A model generated the notes under the pieces. The model saw nothing but the letters and a program-made list of their open reading frames with translations. It did no database searches and was not told the DNA's origin. From contig CAXGWI010000012.1 of assembly GCA_964013405.1 (NCBI GenBank), positions 1 through 45,161 on the forward strand: a DNA stretch of 45,161 nucleotides, written 5' to 3'. Position numbers and translations under genes: made by a program. Shown here in pieces: positions 1 to 12,364 of the stretch (position 1 is its first letter; each line of letters opens with the position of its first letter). The stretch comes from an uncultured Myxococcales bacterium. Its GTDB lineage: Bacteria; Myxococcota; UBA4151.

Positions 1-997
1 CCCCGCCGGTCCCATGGAGGTAGATGACGACAGGCCACCCCCCCTGTGGCATCACACCTTCCGGCTGGGCGAAGGCCACTCGCATGGGTTCATTCTGGCG
101 GGCCGGTACGGCAAAGCCATCCTGCCATTCAATGGCACCCCCCTCTTGGGCGTAGGGTTTCTCGCCGTGCATGAAGAGGAGGCCGTCGTAGCGGTTATTG
201 TGGAGCCGAAAGCTGTCATATCGGGCTGCGTAGTCCCAAGCCTCCCGCAGGGTAGGCGGGGCGCTCAACTCCAGTTGTTCCAAGAGCGCAGCCAGTTCAG
301 CCTCCGGTTCGTCGGTGGTAAAAACCGTGGCGAGGGCGATGCTTTTTCCATCGAGACCGTAGTCGGCCAAACGGGCCCTTAAGGGGGCGAGGTGGGTCTT
401 TTGAGGGCCTTGTTCGGCCAGGAGCGCCTGTTGCACTGATGCTTTACGCCCCAGCCCATCACCACTGGCGAGACGGAGGGTGTTCAGGAGGACCAGGCCG
501 TAGCGGCTCCCAGGGGCGAGGGGTTCGCCGATGAGCGGGTGGATCACCAGTTGGTCGGGCTCAAGCCAGCCCGGATCATTTCGATGCTCGATGCGTAAAC
601 TAAAGCGCTTCGTTTCACCATCAAGGGCGATGAGCTGCACCGGACTGCTCGCTTCCAGGGCGGCATCTGGGTGCTGTCCGAGCAATTCGGCGCCCGCCGG
701 CTCCGGTAGCTGGACATAGAGGGTGGGCTGGAGGGCAAAACCGACGGTATTTTGCTCGACCGTCTGAATCAGGTCGATGCCCAGCTCGGCCGCTTGTGGG
801 TTTGGGTAGGCTTCTAAATTAGGGCTGCCATCGTCCCGTCGCCAATGGTCGCTCGGGTAGGGGACACTGAGCCAGTCACTGATCTGATCATCCAAGCGAG
901 CGGCCTTGGCTTCATCTTCTGTAATCGGACCGGTCGGCTCCTCGGGGCAGCCGCAGAGGCAGAGCGCAACGCCGCTAAGCAGGCTTAGCTGGCGCAT
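1..997 (-). CDS. Lipoprotein with alpha/beta-hydrolase (lipase-like) domain, partial; runs off the left edge
   Basis: Not in the ORF track because it has no stop in the window. Manual translation from ATG 997: MRQLSLLSGVALCLCGCPEEPTG...SVPYPSDHWRRDDG...EGVMPQGGWPVVIYLHGTGG. Shows a lipobox-like Cys, a P(Y/F)PSD motif and WPVVIxxHG, typical of secreted hydrolases. Start overlaps the mrp stop. Confidence 0.75.
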   Translation of the reverse strand, partial: MRQLSLLSGVALCLCGCPEEPTGPITEDEAKAARLDDQISDWLSVPYPSDHWRRDDGSPNLEAYPNPQAAELGIDLIQTVEQNTVGFALQPTLYVQLPEPAGAELLGQHPDAALEASSPVQLIALDGETKRFSLRIEHRNDPGWLEPDQLVIHPLIGEPLAPGSRYGLVLLNTLRLASGDGLGRKASVQQALLAEQGPQKTHLAPLRARLADYGLDGKSIALATVFTTDEPEAELAALLEQLELSAPPTLREAWDYAARYDSFRLHNNRYDGLLFMHGEKPYAQEGGAIEWQDGFAVPARQNEPMRVAFAQPEGVMPQGGWPVVIYLHGTGG

Positions 998-2091
998 CCA
1001 GGCTTGCCACTGTTGTCGACTGGAATGGGCGCTGTGGGGCTCTGTCCGGTCTCGGCGAGCACGCTTAACCGGCCGGCGAGACCACGGGCCATGCTGTCCA
1101 AAGCCTGGCTCACCGGACTGTCCCGATCCTCAAGAATCACAGGAACCCCTCCATCACCACAGATTCGCACGTTGGGGTCGATGGGCAAGGAGCCGAGAAA
1201 CGGAACACCAAATTCTTGGGCAGCCTGTTCCCCGCCCCCTTCGCCGAAGATGGGGATGACCTGGTCGCTGCCAGGGGGGGTAAAGCCCGCCATGTTCTCC
1301 ACCAGGCCCGCCACGGGAATCTTCAGTTGGTCAAACATGCTTTTCGCCCGGCGAACATCATCCACTGCCACGGCCTGAGGTGTGGTGACGATGAGGGCTG
1401 CGCCCACCGGAATCATTTGAGCGAGCGAGAGAGGGATATCCCCCGTGCCGGGAGGAAGGTCGATGACGAGGTAGTCTAACTCGCCCCAAATCACATCGCT
1501 GAAGAATTGCAGCAGTGCGTTGTTGAGCATGGGGCCCCGCCACACGAGGGCCTGGTCTTTGGCCACGAAGCTGCCCATGGTCACACATTTAAGTCCGTGC
1601 CTTTCCATCGGCAGCAGCTTTTTATCTGCGGTGACTTGCGGTGGCCCTGAGAGGTTCAGCATGGTGGGCAGGGAGGGGCCGTAGAGGTCCCCATCCAAAA
1701 TACCCACCGAGGCACCATAGTGGGCCAGGGCAGCGGCCAGATTGACGGCGACGGTCGATTTACCCACCCCGCCTTTGCCGGCACCAACAGCGATCACATT
1801 CTTGATGCCTGGCAGCAGGGGTTTCTGCCCACCGGCCTGACTGCGGACCTGGGCCCCGAAGGTGAGGTCGAGTTGGGCGATGCCTAAGGGGTTTAGCGCC
1901 GCTCGGACATCCGATTCAATCTTGTCTTTGAGGGGGCAAGCGGGGGTGGTGAGGTCGATCCGCAGGCTGACGAGGTCATCCTGAATGGAGAGGGAGCCAA
2001 CCATGCCAAGACTGACCAAATCTTGATTAAGTTCGGGGTCCATCACAGCGCTCAGTGCATCTCGAATCGCTTCTTCGGTCACCATCGTCAT
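985..2091 (-). CDS. mrp: Mrp/ApbC/NBP35-family P-loop ATPase (Fe-S cluster carrier) with N-terminal DUF59/MIP18 domain
   Basis: VMDPEL..DLVSLGMV and LTTPACP (DUF59), Walker A GKGGVGKST, WRGPML, DLPPGTGD, VENM. Start at ATG 2091 (or 2085) behind GAGGAA. The longer ORF-track start overlaps gyrA. Confidence 0.93.
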   Translation of the reverse strand: MTMVTEEAIRDALSAVMDPELNQDLVSLGMVGSLSIQDDLVSLRIDLTTPACPLKDKIESDVRAALNPLGIAQLDLTFGAQVRSQAGGQKPLLPGIKNVIAVGAGKGGVGKSTVAVNLAAALAHYGASVGILDGDLYGPSLPTMLNLSGPPQVTADKKLLPMERHGLKCVTMGSFVAKDQALVWRGPMLNNALLQFFSDVIWGELDYLVIDLPPGTGDIPLSLAQMIPVGAALIVTTPQAVAVDDVRRAKSMFDQLKIPVAGLVENMAGFTPPGSDQVIPIFGEGGGEQAAQEFGVPFLGSLPIDPNVRICGDGGVPVILEDRDSPVSQALDSMARGLAGRLSVLAETGQSPTAPIPVDNSGKPGCAS

Positions 2092-2158
2092 TCGTTCCTC
2101 GTGGGCGCCCTTAGCCAGCCAGTGCCAGGGCCGGCAAGAGAAGCATGACCGGCGATCT

Positions 2159-2250
2159 CGCGCGAGCGCGCGCATTATGCGCGCACGCATTAAGTCCTTG
2201 ACGATGGCCGGCCGAATGCGCTTAAGAGCATATCCTTTTAAGGAATTAAG
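2159..2250. promoter_or_regulatory. mrp/gyrA divergent control region with palindromic alternating purine-pyrimidine tract, TTGACG -35-like box and four TTAAG
   Basis: CGCGCGAGCGCGCGCATTATGCGCGCACGCAT at 2159-2190, TTGACG at 2198-2203, TTAAG at 2190, 2222, 2238 and 2246. Confidence 0.55.
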
Positions 2251-2253
2251 CGA

Positions 2254-4917
2254 ATGAGCGACGATACCCAGCCGCCGGATCACCCCGACGACGAGAGCCC
2301 AGAACTGCCAGCGATCCCGGAGCAGCAGATTGCGAAGCGCATCTCCCTCGTGACCATCGAGGATGAGATGAAGAAGAGCTACCTTGAGTACTCTATGAGC
2401 GTGATCGTTGGTCGGGCGCTCCCGGACATCCGTGATGGGCTCAAGCCGGTGCACCGTCGGGTGCTCTTTGCTCAACACGAGCTGTCCAACACTTGGAGCC
2501 GGCCCTTCAAAAAGTCAGCTCGCATCGTCGGTGATGTGATCGGTAAGTATCACCCCCACGGCGACCAGTCGGTCTACGATGCGCTCGTGCGCATGGCTCA
2601 GCCCTTCTCCATGCGCTACCAGCTCGTCGACGGCCAAGGGAACTTTGGTAGCGTCGACGGCGACAGCGCCGCCGCCATGCGATACACCGAAGTGCGGATG
2701 AAGAAGCTCACCAATATGCTTCTCGCCGACATCGAGAAAGAAACCGTCGATTTTGGTACGAACTACGACGGTACCCTGGACGAGCCTCTCGTCTTTCCTG
2801 CCCGATTCCCGAACCTGTTGGTCAACGGCTCGGAGGGGATTGCGGTGGGTATGGCCACCCGTATTCCACCCCACAACCTGACCGAGGTGGTCACCGCCAC
2901 GCTCCATCGTATCGACCATCCTGACTGTCCCACCGAGGAATTGATTGCCCACGTTCCGGCGCCGGACTTCCCGACGGGGGGGATTCTCTGCAGTGCGAGC
3001 GGCGCGCAGGAGGCTTATCGGACCGGTCGGGGAATTATTCGGGTTCGTGCAAAGACCCATTTTGAAGAGATGGGCAATGATCGTTGGCGGATCGTTACCA
3101 CCGAGTTGCCTTTCCAGGTCAACAAGGCGCGACTGCTCGAGAAGATCGCAGAGTTGGTTCGTGACAAGAAGCTCGAGGGGATTTCGGACCTTCGGGACGA
3201 GAGTGACCGCCGTGGCATGCGCATGGTCGTCGAGCTAAAGCGTGACTCCATCAAGGAAGTGGTGCTGAACAAGCTGTTCAAGCAGACGGCCATGCAGACC
3301 ACCTTCGGTATGATCTTGCTGGGGATTCACGACAACCGACCGAAGATTTGTACCCTGGCGGACATGCTGGATGCGTTCATCGCCCATCGTCGGGACGTGG
3401 TCAGTCGACGCTGCCGCTATGAACTCAGGAAGGCTCGGGAGCGAGAGCATATCCTTGAGGGCTTTGTGATCGCCCTCGATAACCTCGACGAAGTCATCAA
3501 GTTGATTCGGGCCAGTCGGGACGGTGAGGAGGCCAGCGCTGGCCTGCAGTCGACCTTTGGGCTGACCGAGCTGCAAGCGAAGGCCATCCTGGATATGCGT
3601 TTGCAGCGTCTGACGGGCCTGGAGCGCGAGAAGATCCTCAACGAACTTGAGGACATCCGTGCGACCATCGCTCGCTTGGTTCATATCCTCAGCGATGTGA
3701 GCGAACTGCTTAACGTGATTAAGGGCGAGCTCGAAGATGTTCGCAGTGAGTTTGGCGATGAGCGTCGGACCGAGATTGCCGAGATCAGCGCCGACTTCGA
3801 TGAAGAAGATCTGATCCCCAATGCCCCCATGGTCGTGACCGTGACGGAGCAGGGTTATGTGAAGCGGACCCACCTCGATACCTACCGGACTCAGCGCCGA
3901 GGTGGTCGGGGCAAGAGAGGGATGGCGACCAAAGATGAAGATGCCGTGGTCGACCTCTTCGTGGCGAAGAGTCACACCATGTTGCTGGTCTTCACCGACC
4001 GGGGGGTCTGCTACCAACTGAAGGTTCATCGCCTGCCTGAGTTGGGTGCCAACGCCCGCGGCCGGCCGGTGGTCAATCTCCTTGAGCACCTGCAAAAGGA
4101 TGAGAATATCTGCGCCATCTTGCCGGTGCCCGAGTTTGCAGAAGGTCAGTTTGTTGTGACGGCAACGAAGAATGGTCAGATCAAGAAGACAGACTTGATG
4201 GCCTACAGTCGCCGTCGAGCCACCGGCTTGATCGCGGTGGATATCGTCGAGGGCGATGAACTTCGCTTCGTGAAGATCACCAATGGTGCGGGACAGTTGA
4301 TGTTGGCCACCGCCAGCGGCATGAGCATTCGATTTGAAGAGAGTCAGGTTCGACCCATGGGTCGGGGCACTCGCGGGGTGCGCGGTATTCGGCTTGACGA
4401 AGGCGATGAGGTGGTCGGCATGGTCGCCTTGGCCGAGGATATCGACCCAGAAGAAGATCTGCTCACCATCTGCGCCAAGGGCTATGGCAAGCGCACAGAT
4501 CTGGAGCAGTACCGCCTACAAAACCGTGGGGGTCGAGGCATCATCACCATTCAAACCTCCAAGCGTAATGGCAAGGTGGTGGGCATTCTCCTGGCGCGAG
4601 ACGGCCGGGAGTTGATGATGGTGACCTCCGGTGGCGTGCTGATCCGGACCCGTATGGAGCAAGTGAGTCGGATTGGGCGCAACACGCAAGGCGTTCGCCT
4701 CATCGATCTCGATAAAGGCGCAAAGGTGCGCAAAGCCGCCAGCATCCAAGATTTCGGCGACGATGAGGATGAGGAGAGCGGCGAGAGCGAAGTGGATGGG
4801 GATGCTGCGGAGATGCCGGCCAATGATGGCTCCCAGGCACCTGTCGAGGCAGCTTCCGACGATGGCGAGGACACAGAAGTGCCTGAGGCATCAGCGCCGG
4901 AAGAGGACGACAGCTAG
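2254..4917 (+). CDS. gyrA: DNA gyrase subunit A
   Basis: [22 protein letters not shown] (catalytic Tyr), GyrA-box QRRGGRG (3892-3912), beta-pinwheel repeats and acidic tail. The GyrA-box distinguishes it from ParC. Confidence 0.98.
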   Translation: MSDDTQPPDHPDDESPELPAIPEQQIAKRISLVTIEDEMKKSYLEYSMSVIVGRALPDIRDGLKPVHRRVLFAQHELSNTWSRPFKKSARIVGDVIGKYHPHGDQSVYDALVRMAQPFSMRYQLVDGQGNFGSVDGDSAAAMRYTEVRMKKLTNMLLADIEKETVDFGTNYDGTLDEPLVFPARFPNLLVNGSEGIAVGMATRIPPHNLTEVVTATLHRIDHPDCPTEELIAHVPAPDFPTGGILCSASGAQEAYRTGRGIIRVRAKTHFEEMGNDRWRIVTTELPFQVNKARLLEKIAELVRDKKLEGISDLRDESDRRGMRMVVELKRDSIKEVVLNKLFKQTAMQTTFGMILLGIHDNRPKICTLADMLDAFIAHRRDVVSRRCRYELRKAREREHILEGFVIALDNLDEVIKLIRASRDGEEASAGLQSTFGLTELQAKAILDMRLQRLTGLEREKILNELEDIRATIARLVHILSDVSELLNVIKGELEDVRSEFGDERRTEIAEISADFDEEDLIPNAPMVVTVTEQGYVKRTHLDTYRTQRRGGRGKRGMATKDEDAVVDLFVAKSHTMLLVFTDRGVCYQLKVHRLPELGANARGRPVVNLLEHLQKDENICAILPVPEFAEGQFVVTATKNGQIKKTDLMAYSRRRATGLIAVDIVEGDELRFVKITNGAGQLMLATASGMSIRFEESQVRPMGRGTRGVRGIRLDEGDEVVGMVALAEDIDPEEDLLTICAKGYGKRTDLEQYRLQNRGGRGIITIQTSKRNGKVVGILLARDGRELMMVTSGGVLIRTRMEQVSRIGRNTQGVRLIDLDKGAKVRKAASIQDFGDDEDEESGESEVDGDAAEMPANDGSQAPVEAASDDGEDTEVPEASAPEEDDS

Positions 4918-4929
4918 CCAAGCGAAGGC

Positions 4930-4970
4930 AAACGATAAAGGGGAGGCATTGCGCCTCCCCTTTGTTGTTT
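4930..4970. terminator. Bidirectional intrinsic terminator between convergent gyrA and gyrB
   Basis: AAACGATAAAGGGGAGGC-ATTGC-GCCTCCCCTTTGTTGTTT: 11-bp perfect core, extendable to 18 bp with two G-U pairs, A-rich on the left and T-rich on the right. Confidence 0.88.
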
Positions 4971-4989
4971 TGAATGGATGAGGTCGAGC

Positions 4990-7458
<2,469 letters not shown>

Positions 7459-7473
7459 TCAATGCAGCGCCAC

Positions 7474-7505
7474 CCCTTAACGCGCGCGCATGCGCACGTA
7501 AAGGG
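7474..7505. promoter_or_regulatory. Imperfect inverted repeat containing a perfect 21-bp alternating purine-pyrimidine tract upstream of gyrB
   Basis: CCCTTAACGCGCGC-GCAT-GCGCACGTAAAGGG (12/14 arm match). ACGCGCGCGCATGCGCACGTA at 7480-7500 alternates R/Y without a break. Confidence 0.6.
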
Positions 7506-7526
7506 AGAACTCATTGCGCCAAGGGA

Positions 7527-8120
7527 TTAAAGTGCGAGCAAATGCCCCATTCGATCTCTTTTGGCATCGAGGTAGCTTTGCGCTTGCCCATCGGCTTCGG
7601 CCTGATGGGGCTCATGGTTGACCGCGATCCCTTCTGCTCGAAGGCCCGAGATCTTCGCCGGGTTGTTCGTCATGAGCCGAACGGATTGGACGCCGAGTTC
7701 GTTGAGCACATGGGCGGCGAAATCGTAGCTCCGTAGGTCGTCTTCGAGCCCGAGGAGGCGGTTGGCATCCACGGTGTCTGCGCCCTCGTTTTGGAGGGCG
7801 TAGGCCCTGAGCTTGTTCGCCAAACCGATGCCCCTCCCTTCCTGGCGCAGGTAGAGAACGATCCCGCCCTCTTCGGCGATTCGCTGCAGCGCGAGGTCCA
7901 GTTGGTCGCGACAGTCGCATTTGAGCGAGCCGAGGACTTCGCTGGTCAGGCATTCCGAGTGGATGCGGCAGAGCACATCGCTACATCCCCGGACCTCTCC
8001 GCTGATGACCGCGACGTGGTCTTGGCCCGAAGCATCTGTAAAAGCGTGAAAGACAAGGTCCCCGTAACGGGTCGGAACGGTAGCAACCGGCTCAGGGAGG
8101 GGGAGGATTGGTGTCTTCAT
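7527..8120 (-). CDS. ribA: GTP cyclohydrolase II
   Basis: RIHSECLT, CDC, YLRQEGRGIGL, LMTNNP, KRDRMGH; stand-alone, no RibB domain. Confidence 0.96.
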   Translation of the reverse strand: MKTPILPLPEPVATVPTRYGDLVFHAFTDASGQDHVAVISGEVRGCSDVLCRIHSECLTSEVLGSLKCDCRDQLDLALQRIAEEGGIVLYLRQEGRGIGLANKLRAYALQNEGADTVDANRLLGLEDDLRSYDFAAHVLNELGVQSVRLMTNNPAKISGLRAEGIAVNHEPHQAEADGQAQSYLDAKRDRMGHLLAL

Positions 8121-8143
8121 GGGGCGCTCCCTACACCAAGCGC

Positions 8144-8794
8144 TTACCGTTTCGCCAGACCAAACCCCTCGTTGCTCGCTGGGCGGCGAGCGAGGACCCA
8201 GGCGCCCAGGTCATCCAGGGCGTGCGTTTGTAGCAGGGCCCGTGCTGCAGCACTGAGGGTTGCGCCTGTGGTCAGGACGTCATCGATGAGTAAGACCTTG
8301 CCCGGCGGGAGTTCCAGGTCCCGACAACGAAAATGCTCTGGGCGAACCTGGCGCCGGGTCTCCCGGTCTTGCTGGCTTTGCTTGGGTGCCAGATGGCTGC
8401 GCTCCAGCGCGTGGACGACGGGGAGATCAAGATGGGCAGAAAGGGCTCGGGCCAGGGCGGTGGTGTGGCAGCCTCCCCGCTCGATGCGCCGTCGCCAATG
8501 GGTTGGAACGGGAACGAGGGCACTGCCATTCGGCAACTCCGCGGCTTGGGCTACCAGCCAAGCGTACAGGGGGGGCTCAACCGGATCCTTTGCGTAGGGG
8601 ATCAGCGCCGAACAGGCACCGCCGTAGAAGAAGGCGCTTTCAACGTTCAGCCCACCGGTTAACGTCGTAGCTGTCCCTCCATCGGGCGCCAGCGTGGCTC
8701 GGCAGCCTTCGCAGAGCCACAGATGCTCGGGTTGGGGCAGATGACAATGAAGACAGGGGGCCGGTGGAATGAGCGCTCGAAGAAGACCCTTCAT
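8144..8794 (-). CDS. comF: ComF-family phosphoribosyltransferase-like competence protein
   Basis: N-terminal CxxC...CxxC, LVPVPTHWRR..ERG, PRPP-binding LIDDVLTTGATL; 4-bp overlap with the gpmI stop. Confidence 0.85.
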   Translation of the reverse strand: MKGLLRALIPPAPCLHCHLPQPEHLWLCEGCRATLAPDGGTATTLTGGLNVESAFFYGGACSALIPYAKDPVEPPLYAWLVAQAAELPNGSALVPVPTHWRRRIERGGCHTTALARALSAHLDLPVVHALERSHLAPKQSQQDRETRRQVRPEHFRCRDLELPPGKVLLIDDVLTTGATLSAAARALLQTHALDDLGAWVLARRPASNEGFGLAKR

Positions 8795-10296
8795 CGGCTC
8801 AGGACGCGGCCCGTCATCGCCTCAGGGATCTCGATCCCCATCTCCTGGAGACAGGTGGGGGCCACATCGCACAAAGCACCATCTTCTAGGTCTTGGGCGG
8901 CGAAATCGAGCAGGATGAGCGGGACGGGCCCGGTGGTGTGCTGGGTGTGGGGGCTGCCGTCTGCGCGAGTCATCTGCTCGATATTGCCATGATCCGCGGT
9001 GATCGCCACCGCGTAGCCAGCCTGGCGAGCCGCCGTGATGAGTCGCTCCAGGCAGTGGTCGAGGGCCTCCATCGCTTCGACCGCCGCGGCCATCACGCCG
9101 GTGTGACCAACCATGTCTGGATTGGCGTAGTTGACCAAGCAAAACCCGTAGTCGCCAGAGTTTAGCGCCTCGATGAGGTGGTCGGTGACCTCCGGGGCGC
9201 TCATGCTGGGTTTTTGGTCGTAGGTCTCCACCTCTCGAGGACTGGGGACCAGCAAGCGTTTTTCGCCGGGGAATTGGGTCTCGTCACCACCGTTGAAGAA
9301 GTAGGTAACATGAGCATACTTCTCCGTTTCAGCGATGCGGAACTGAGCCAGTCCCCGCCGAGAAACGAGCTCGCCCATGGTCTCTTTGGGGGTGGCCCTT
9401 GGAAAAAGGACTCCGAGGCTCAGATCATGGCGGTACTCGACCATGCCAAAGCAGGCCGACAACTGGGGCAGGCGGCGCTGGAAACAGCCGGGTTCATCAG
9501 CCCGCGTTAATGCGGCAGCCAACTGACGAACTCGGTCGGCCCGGAAGTTCAAGAACCACACCGCATCGCCATCCTGAATCCCGTGACCTTGCAGGTGGTG
9601 GGGGGTGAGGAATTCGTCGGTTTCGCCCTCAGCATAAGCCGCTTTGAGGACGCCGCACGCACTGCTGCCCTGGGGACCCCTTGCCGCCACGATGGTCTCC
9701 CAGGCCTTTTCGACCCGCTCCCAGCGCTGGTCTCGATCCATGCCGTAGAAGCGACCACCGATACTCGCCACATAGGCGCCATCCGGCAGCCCCGCCTCCA
9801 GCGCTTCGAGCCATTGAACCCCTGAGGTGGGGGCCGTATCCCGGCCATCGGTCAAGGCATGAAAAGCCACTCGCTCGACACCCAGATCGACGGCCGCTTG
9901 GGCTGCCCCGATGAGGTGCTCCATCCGACTGTGAACCCCGCCGCCACTGACGAGCCCAATGAGGTGCAGTGTCCCCCCATGACTCTGAAGCGTTGCGGCC
10001 GCTTGTCTCAATTCGGGCCGCTCTGAAAGCTGCCCCATCGACACCGTTTTGCTGATCTGCACACTGATTTGATCGACGACCCGTCCGGCACCAAGGTTCA
10101 AATGGCCCACTTCGGAGTTACCCATCTGCCCATCGGGTAAGCCCACCGCACTTCCCGAGGTCTCTAAGAGGCTAAACAGCCCTTCCTCTCGGAGTCGGTT
10201 GAAGTTGGGCATATGGGCTGTCGTGATTGCGTTGTCAGGGCTGGCCTCCCGTTCGCCGAAGCCATCCAGAATCACTAGGAGTAGGGGACGCATCAT
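8791..10296 (-). CDS. gpmI: 2,3-bisphosphoglycerate-independent phosphoglycerate mutase
   Basis: [57 protein letters not shown]; start re-set to ATG 10296 (or 10293). Confidence 0.97.
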   Translation of the reverse strand: MMRPLLLVILDGFGEREASPDNAITTAHMPNFNRLREEGLFSLLETSGSAVGLPDGQMGNSEVGHLNLGAGRVVDQISVQISKTVSMGQLSERPELRQAAATLQSHGGTLHLIGLVSGGGVHSRMEHLIGAAQAAVDLGVERVAFHALTDGRDTAPTSGVQWLEALEAGLPDGAYVASIGGRFYGMDRDQRWERVEKAWETIVAARGPQGSSACGVLKAAYAEGETDEFLTPHHLQGHGIQDGDAVWFLNFRADRVRQLAAALTRADEPGCFQRRLPQLSACFGMVEYRHDLSLGVLFPRATPKETMGELVSRRGLAQFRIAETEKYAHVTYFFNGGDETQFPGEKRLLVPSPREVETYDQKPSMSAPEVTDHLIEALNSGDYGFCLVNYANPDMVGHTGVMAAAVEAMEALDHCLERLITAARQAGYAVAITADHGNIEQMTRADGSPHTQHTTGPVPLILLDFAAQDLEDGALCDVAPTCLQEMGIEIPEAMTGRVLSR

Positions 10297-10315
10297 TTGC
10301 TCATCAATCCCATCA

Positions 10316-10344
10316 TTGACCCGGGCGGGGTGGAACTGTACCCA
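10316..10344 (+). promoter_or_regulatory. Possible sigma70 promoter for the metK operon
   Basis: TTGACC-17 nt-TACCCA, ending 28 nt before the metK ATG; the -10 box is weak. Confidence 0.35.
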
Positions 10345-10372
10345 GGCGCCCCTCATGTGCACGGGAGTAGAG

Positions 10373-11539
10373 ATGAGCCGCAAGCACCTTTTCACGAGTG
10401 AATCCGTTGGCGAAGGCCACCCGGATAAGGTCTCCGACCAAATTTCTGATGCGATCCTCGATGCGATTATCAAGGACGACCCACAGGCTCGAGTGGCCTG
10501 CGAAACCATGGTGACCACCGGGATGGCGATCGTTGCCGGCGAGATTACCACGGACACTTACGTCGATATGCCCAAGGTTGTTCGGGATACGATTCGGCGC
10601 ATTGGTTACACCGATCCCGCCATCGGCTTTGATGCCGATACCTGTGCCGTGCTGACGAGTATCGACAAGCAGAGCGATGACATCGCGATGGGTGTGGACA
10701 ACGACCGCGGCCTCCACGAAGAGCAGGGTGCTGGCGACCAGGGCCTCATGTTTGGCTATGCCAACCGGGAAACCGATGTGCTGATGCCCGCGGCGATTCA
10801 CTACAGTCACATGCTGATGGCCGACCTGTCGAAGTTGCGCCACTCGGGCGAGCTGCCCTGGTTGCGACCGGACGCAAAGTCCCAGGTGACCTGCGCTTAC
10901 GAGGATGGGAAGTTAACGGGGATCGATACGGTCGTGGTCTCCACCCAGCACACCAAAGCGGTGGAGCTCGATGAGATCCGCGAGACGCTGATCAGCCGCC
11001 TGATCAAGCCCTGCCTTCCCGATCATCTCTTGAGTGACGAGACCATCTATCACGTCAATCCCACCGGCCAGTTTATCGTCGGTGGCCCCAAGGGGGATTG
11101 CGGCCTGACCGGGCGCAAGATCATCGTTGATACATATGGTGGCAAGGGGCGTCACGGTGGTGGCGCTTTCTCCGGCAAGGACCCTTCGAAGGTCGACCGG
11201 AGCGCGGCCTACATGGCTCGTTATATCGCCAAGAATATCGTCGCCGCCGGCTTGGCCGACGAATGCGAGGTGCAGTTGGCCTACGCCATCGGCGTCGCCG
11301 AGCCCGTGAGTGTGCTCGTGGATGACTTTGGCGCTGGGCGAGTCGATATCACCCGTCTCGAAGATGCGGTGCGGGACCTGTTTAAGCTGACGCCGGCAGG
11401 TATCATCAACTCCTTGGATCTCCTGAAGCCGATCTATAGCCCCACAGCTGCCCATGGCCATTTTGGCAGGACGCCGATCGATGGTCGTTTCAACTGGGAG
11501 CGGACCGACAAAGCTGAGGCCTTGCGCAGCCTCGCCTAA
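10373..11539 (+). CDS. metK: S-adenosylmethionine synthetase
   Basis: [51 protein letters not shown] 10373 behind GGGAG. Confidence 0.98.
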   Translation: MSRKHLFTSESVGEGHPDKVSDQISDAILDAIIKDDPQARVACETMVTTGMAIVAGEITTDTYVDMPKVVRDTIRRIGYTDPAIGFDADTCAVLTSIDKQSDDIAMGVDNDRGLHEEQGAGDQGLMFGYANRETDVLMPAAIHYSHMLMADLSKLRHSGELPWLRPDAKSQVTCAYEDGKLTGIDTVVVSTQHTKAVELDEIRETLISRLIKPCLPDHLLSDETIYHVNPTGQFIVGGPKGDCGLTGRKIIVDTYGGKGRHGGGAFSGKDPSKVDRSAAYMARYIAKNIVAAGLADECEVQLAYAIGVAEPVSVLVDDFGAGRVDITRLEDAVRDLFKLTPAGIINSLDLLKPIYSPTAAHGHFGRTPIDGRFNWERTDKAEALRSLA

Positions 11540-11548
11540 GGGGGCGTC

Positions 11549-12364
11549 ATCGGCGAGCTTAGTTTAGCCAAGGCATGTCTCCTCGGCTTGGTGCAGGGGC
11601 TAACCGAGTTTCTGCCCGTCTCGTCTTCGGGTCACCTGGTCTTGGTCGGCTCCCTCATGGAGGTGCCGACCACGGGCCTGGCCTTCGAATTGTTACTCCA
11701 CGCTGGGACGCTCCTTGCGGTCGTTTTCTACTACCGGGTGGCGATCACTGAAATCTTCAGGGCCTTGCCCGATGTCGTACGTCATCCGGCCGCAGCCTGG
11801 TCTGAGGATGGTCCGGGGCGCTTGGCTTTATTGATCGTGATCGCCTCCATCCCGACGGGCCTGATCGGGCTCTTTTTTAAGGATGAATTTGAGGGCTTGG
11901 CCACCTCAGTACCAGCGGTCGGCGTCGCCTTGCTCGTCACGGCTGCTCTCTTGGCTTTGACTCTGCGCACCTGGCCTGAGCGGACCAGGATGGGGCTGGG
12001 TTTGGCCCTGCTCATCGGCTTCGCTCAGGGCCTGGCAATCACGCCGGGAATCTCCCGAAGTGGTGCCACGATCGCTGTGGCCTTGATCGCTGGGATCGCT
12101 GCAGAACGAGCTGCTCGTTTTAGCTTTCTCGTCTCGCTTCCTGCGATTCTGGGTGCCCTGTTGTTAAAAGTACTCGATGGCGGGATGGCCCAACTGGATC
12201 CGATCGCTGGATTATGGGGCTTCAATGTGAGTTTTGTGAGCGGCTATTTTGCGCTGGCCTGGTTGGTCAAGCTGGTGCGTAGCCGACGCTTCTTTTGGTT
12301 TGCACCCTACTGTATGCTGGTTGGGCTTTGGGCTCTTTTGAGTGGGTCGAGCTTTGCAGGCTAG
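11549..12364 (+). CDS. uppP: Undecaprenyl-diphosphate phosphatase (BacA/UppP)
   Basis: GLVQGLTEFLPVSSSGHL, HAGT, PGISRSGAT, multiple TM helices. Start uncertain: ATC 11549 or TTG 11588 (see findings). Confidence 0.93.
   Translation: MGELSLAKACLLGLVQGLTEFLPVSSSGHLVLVGSLMEVPTTGLAFELLLHAGTLLAVVFYYRVAITEIFRALPDVVRHPAAAWSEDGPGRLALLIVIASIPTGLIGLFFKDEFEGLATSVPAVGVALLVTAALLALTLRTWPERTRMGLGLALLIGFAQGLAITPGISRSGATIAVALIAGIAAERAARFSFLVSLPAILGALLLKVLDGGMAQLDPIAGLWGFNVSFVSGYFALAWLVKLVRSRRFFWFAPYCMLVGLWALLSGSSFAG

Noticed and set aside
2113..2128. Sigma54 promoter for mrp (minus strand TGGCACTGGCTGGCT)
   Set aside because: Spacing is GG-N9-GC, not the required N10
10297..10372. SAM riboswitch upstream of metK
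   Set aside because: Only 76 bp shared with the divergent gpmI, and no recognisable SAM-I/II core
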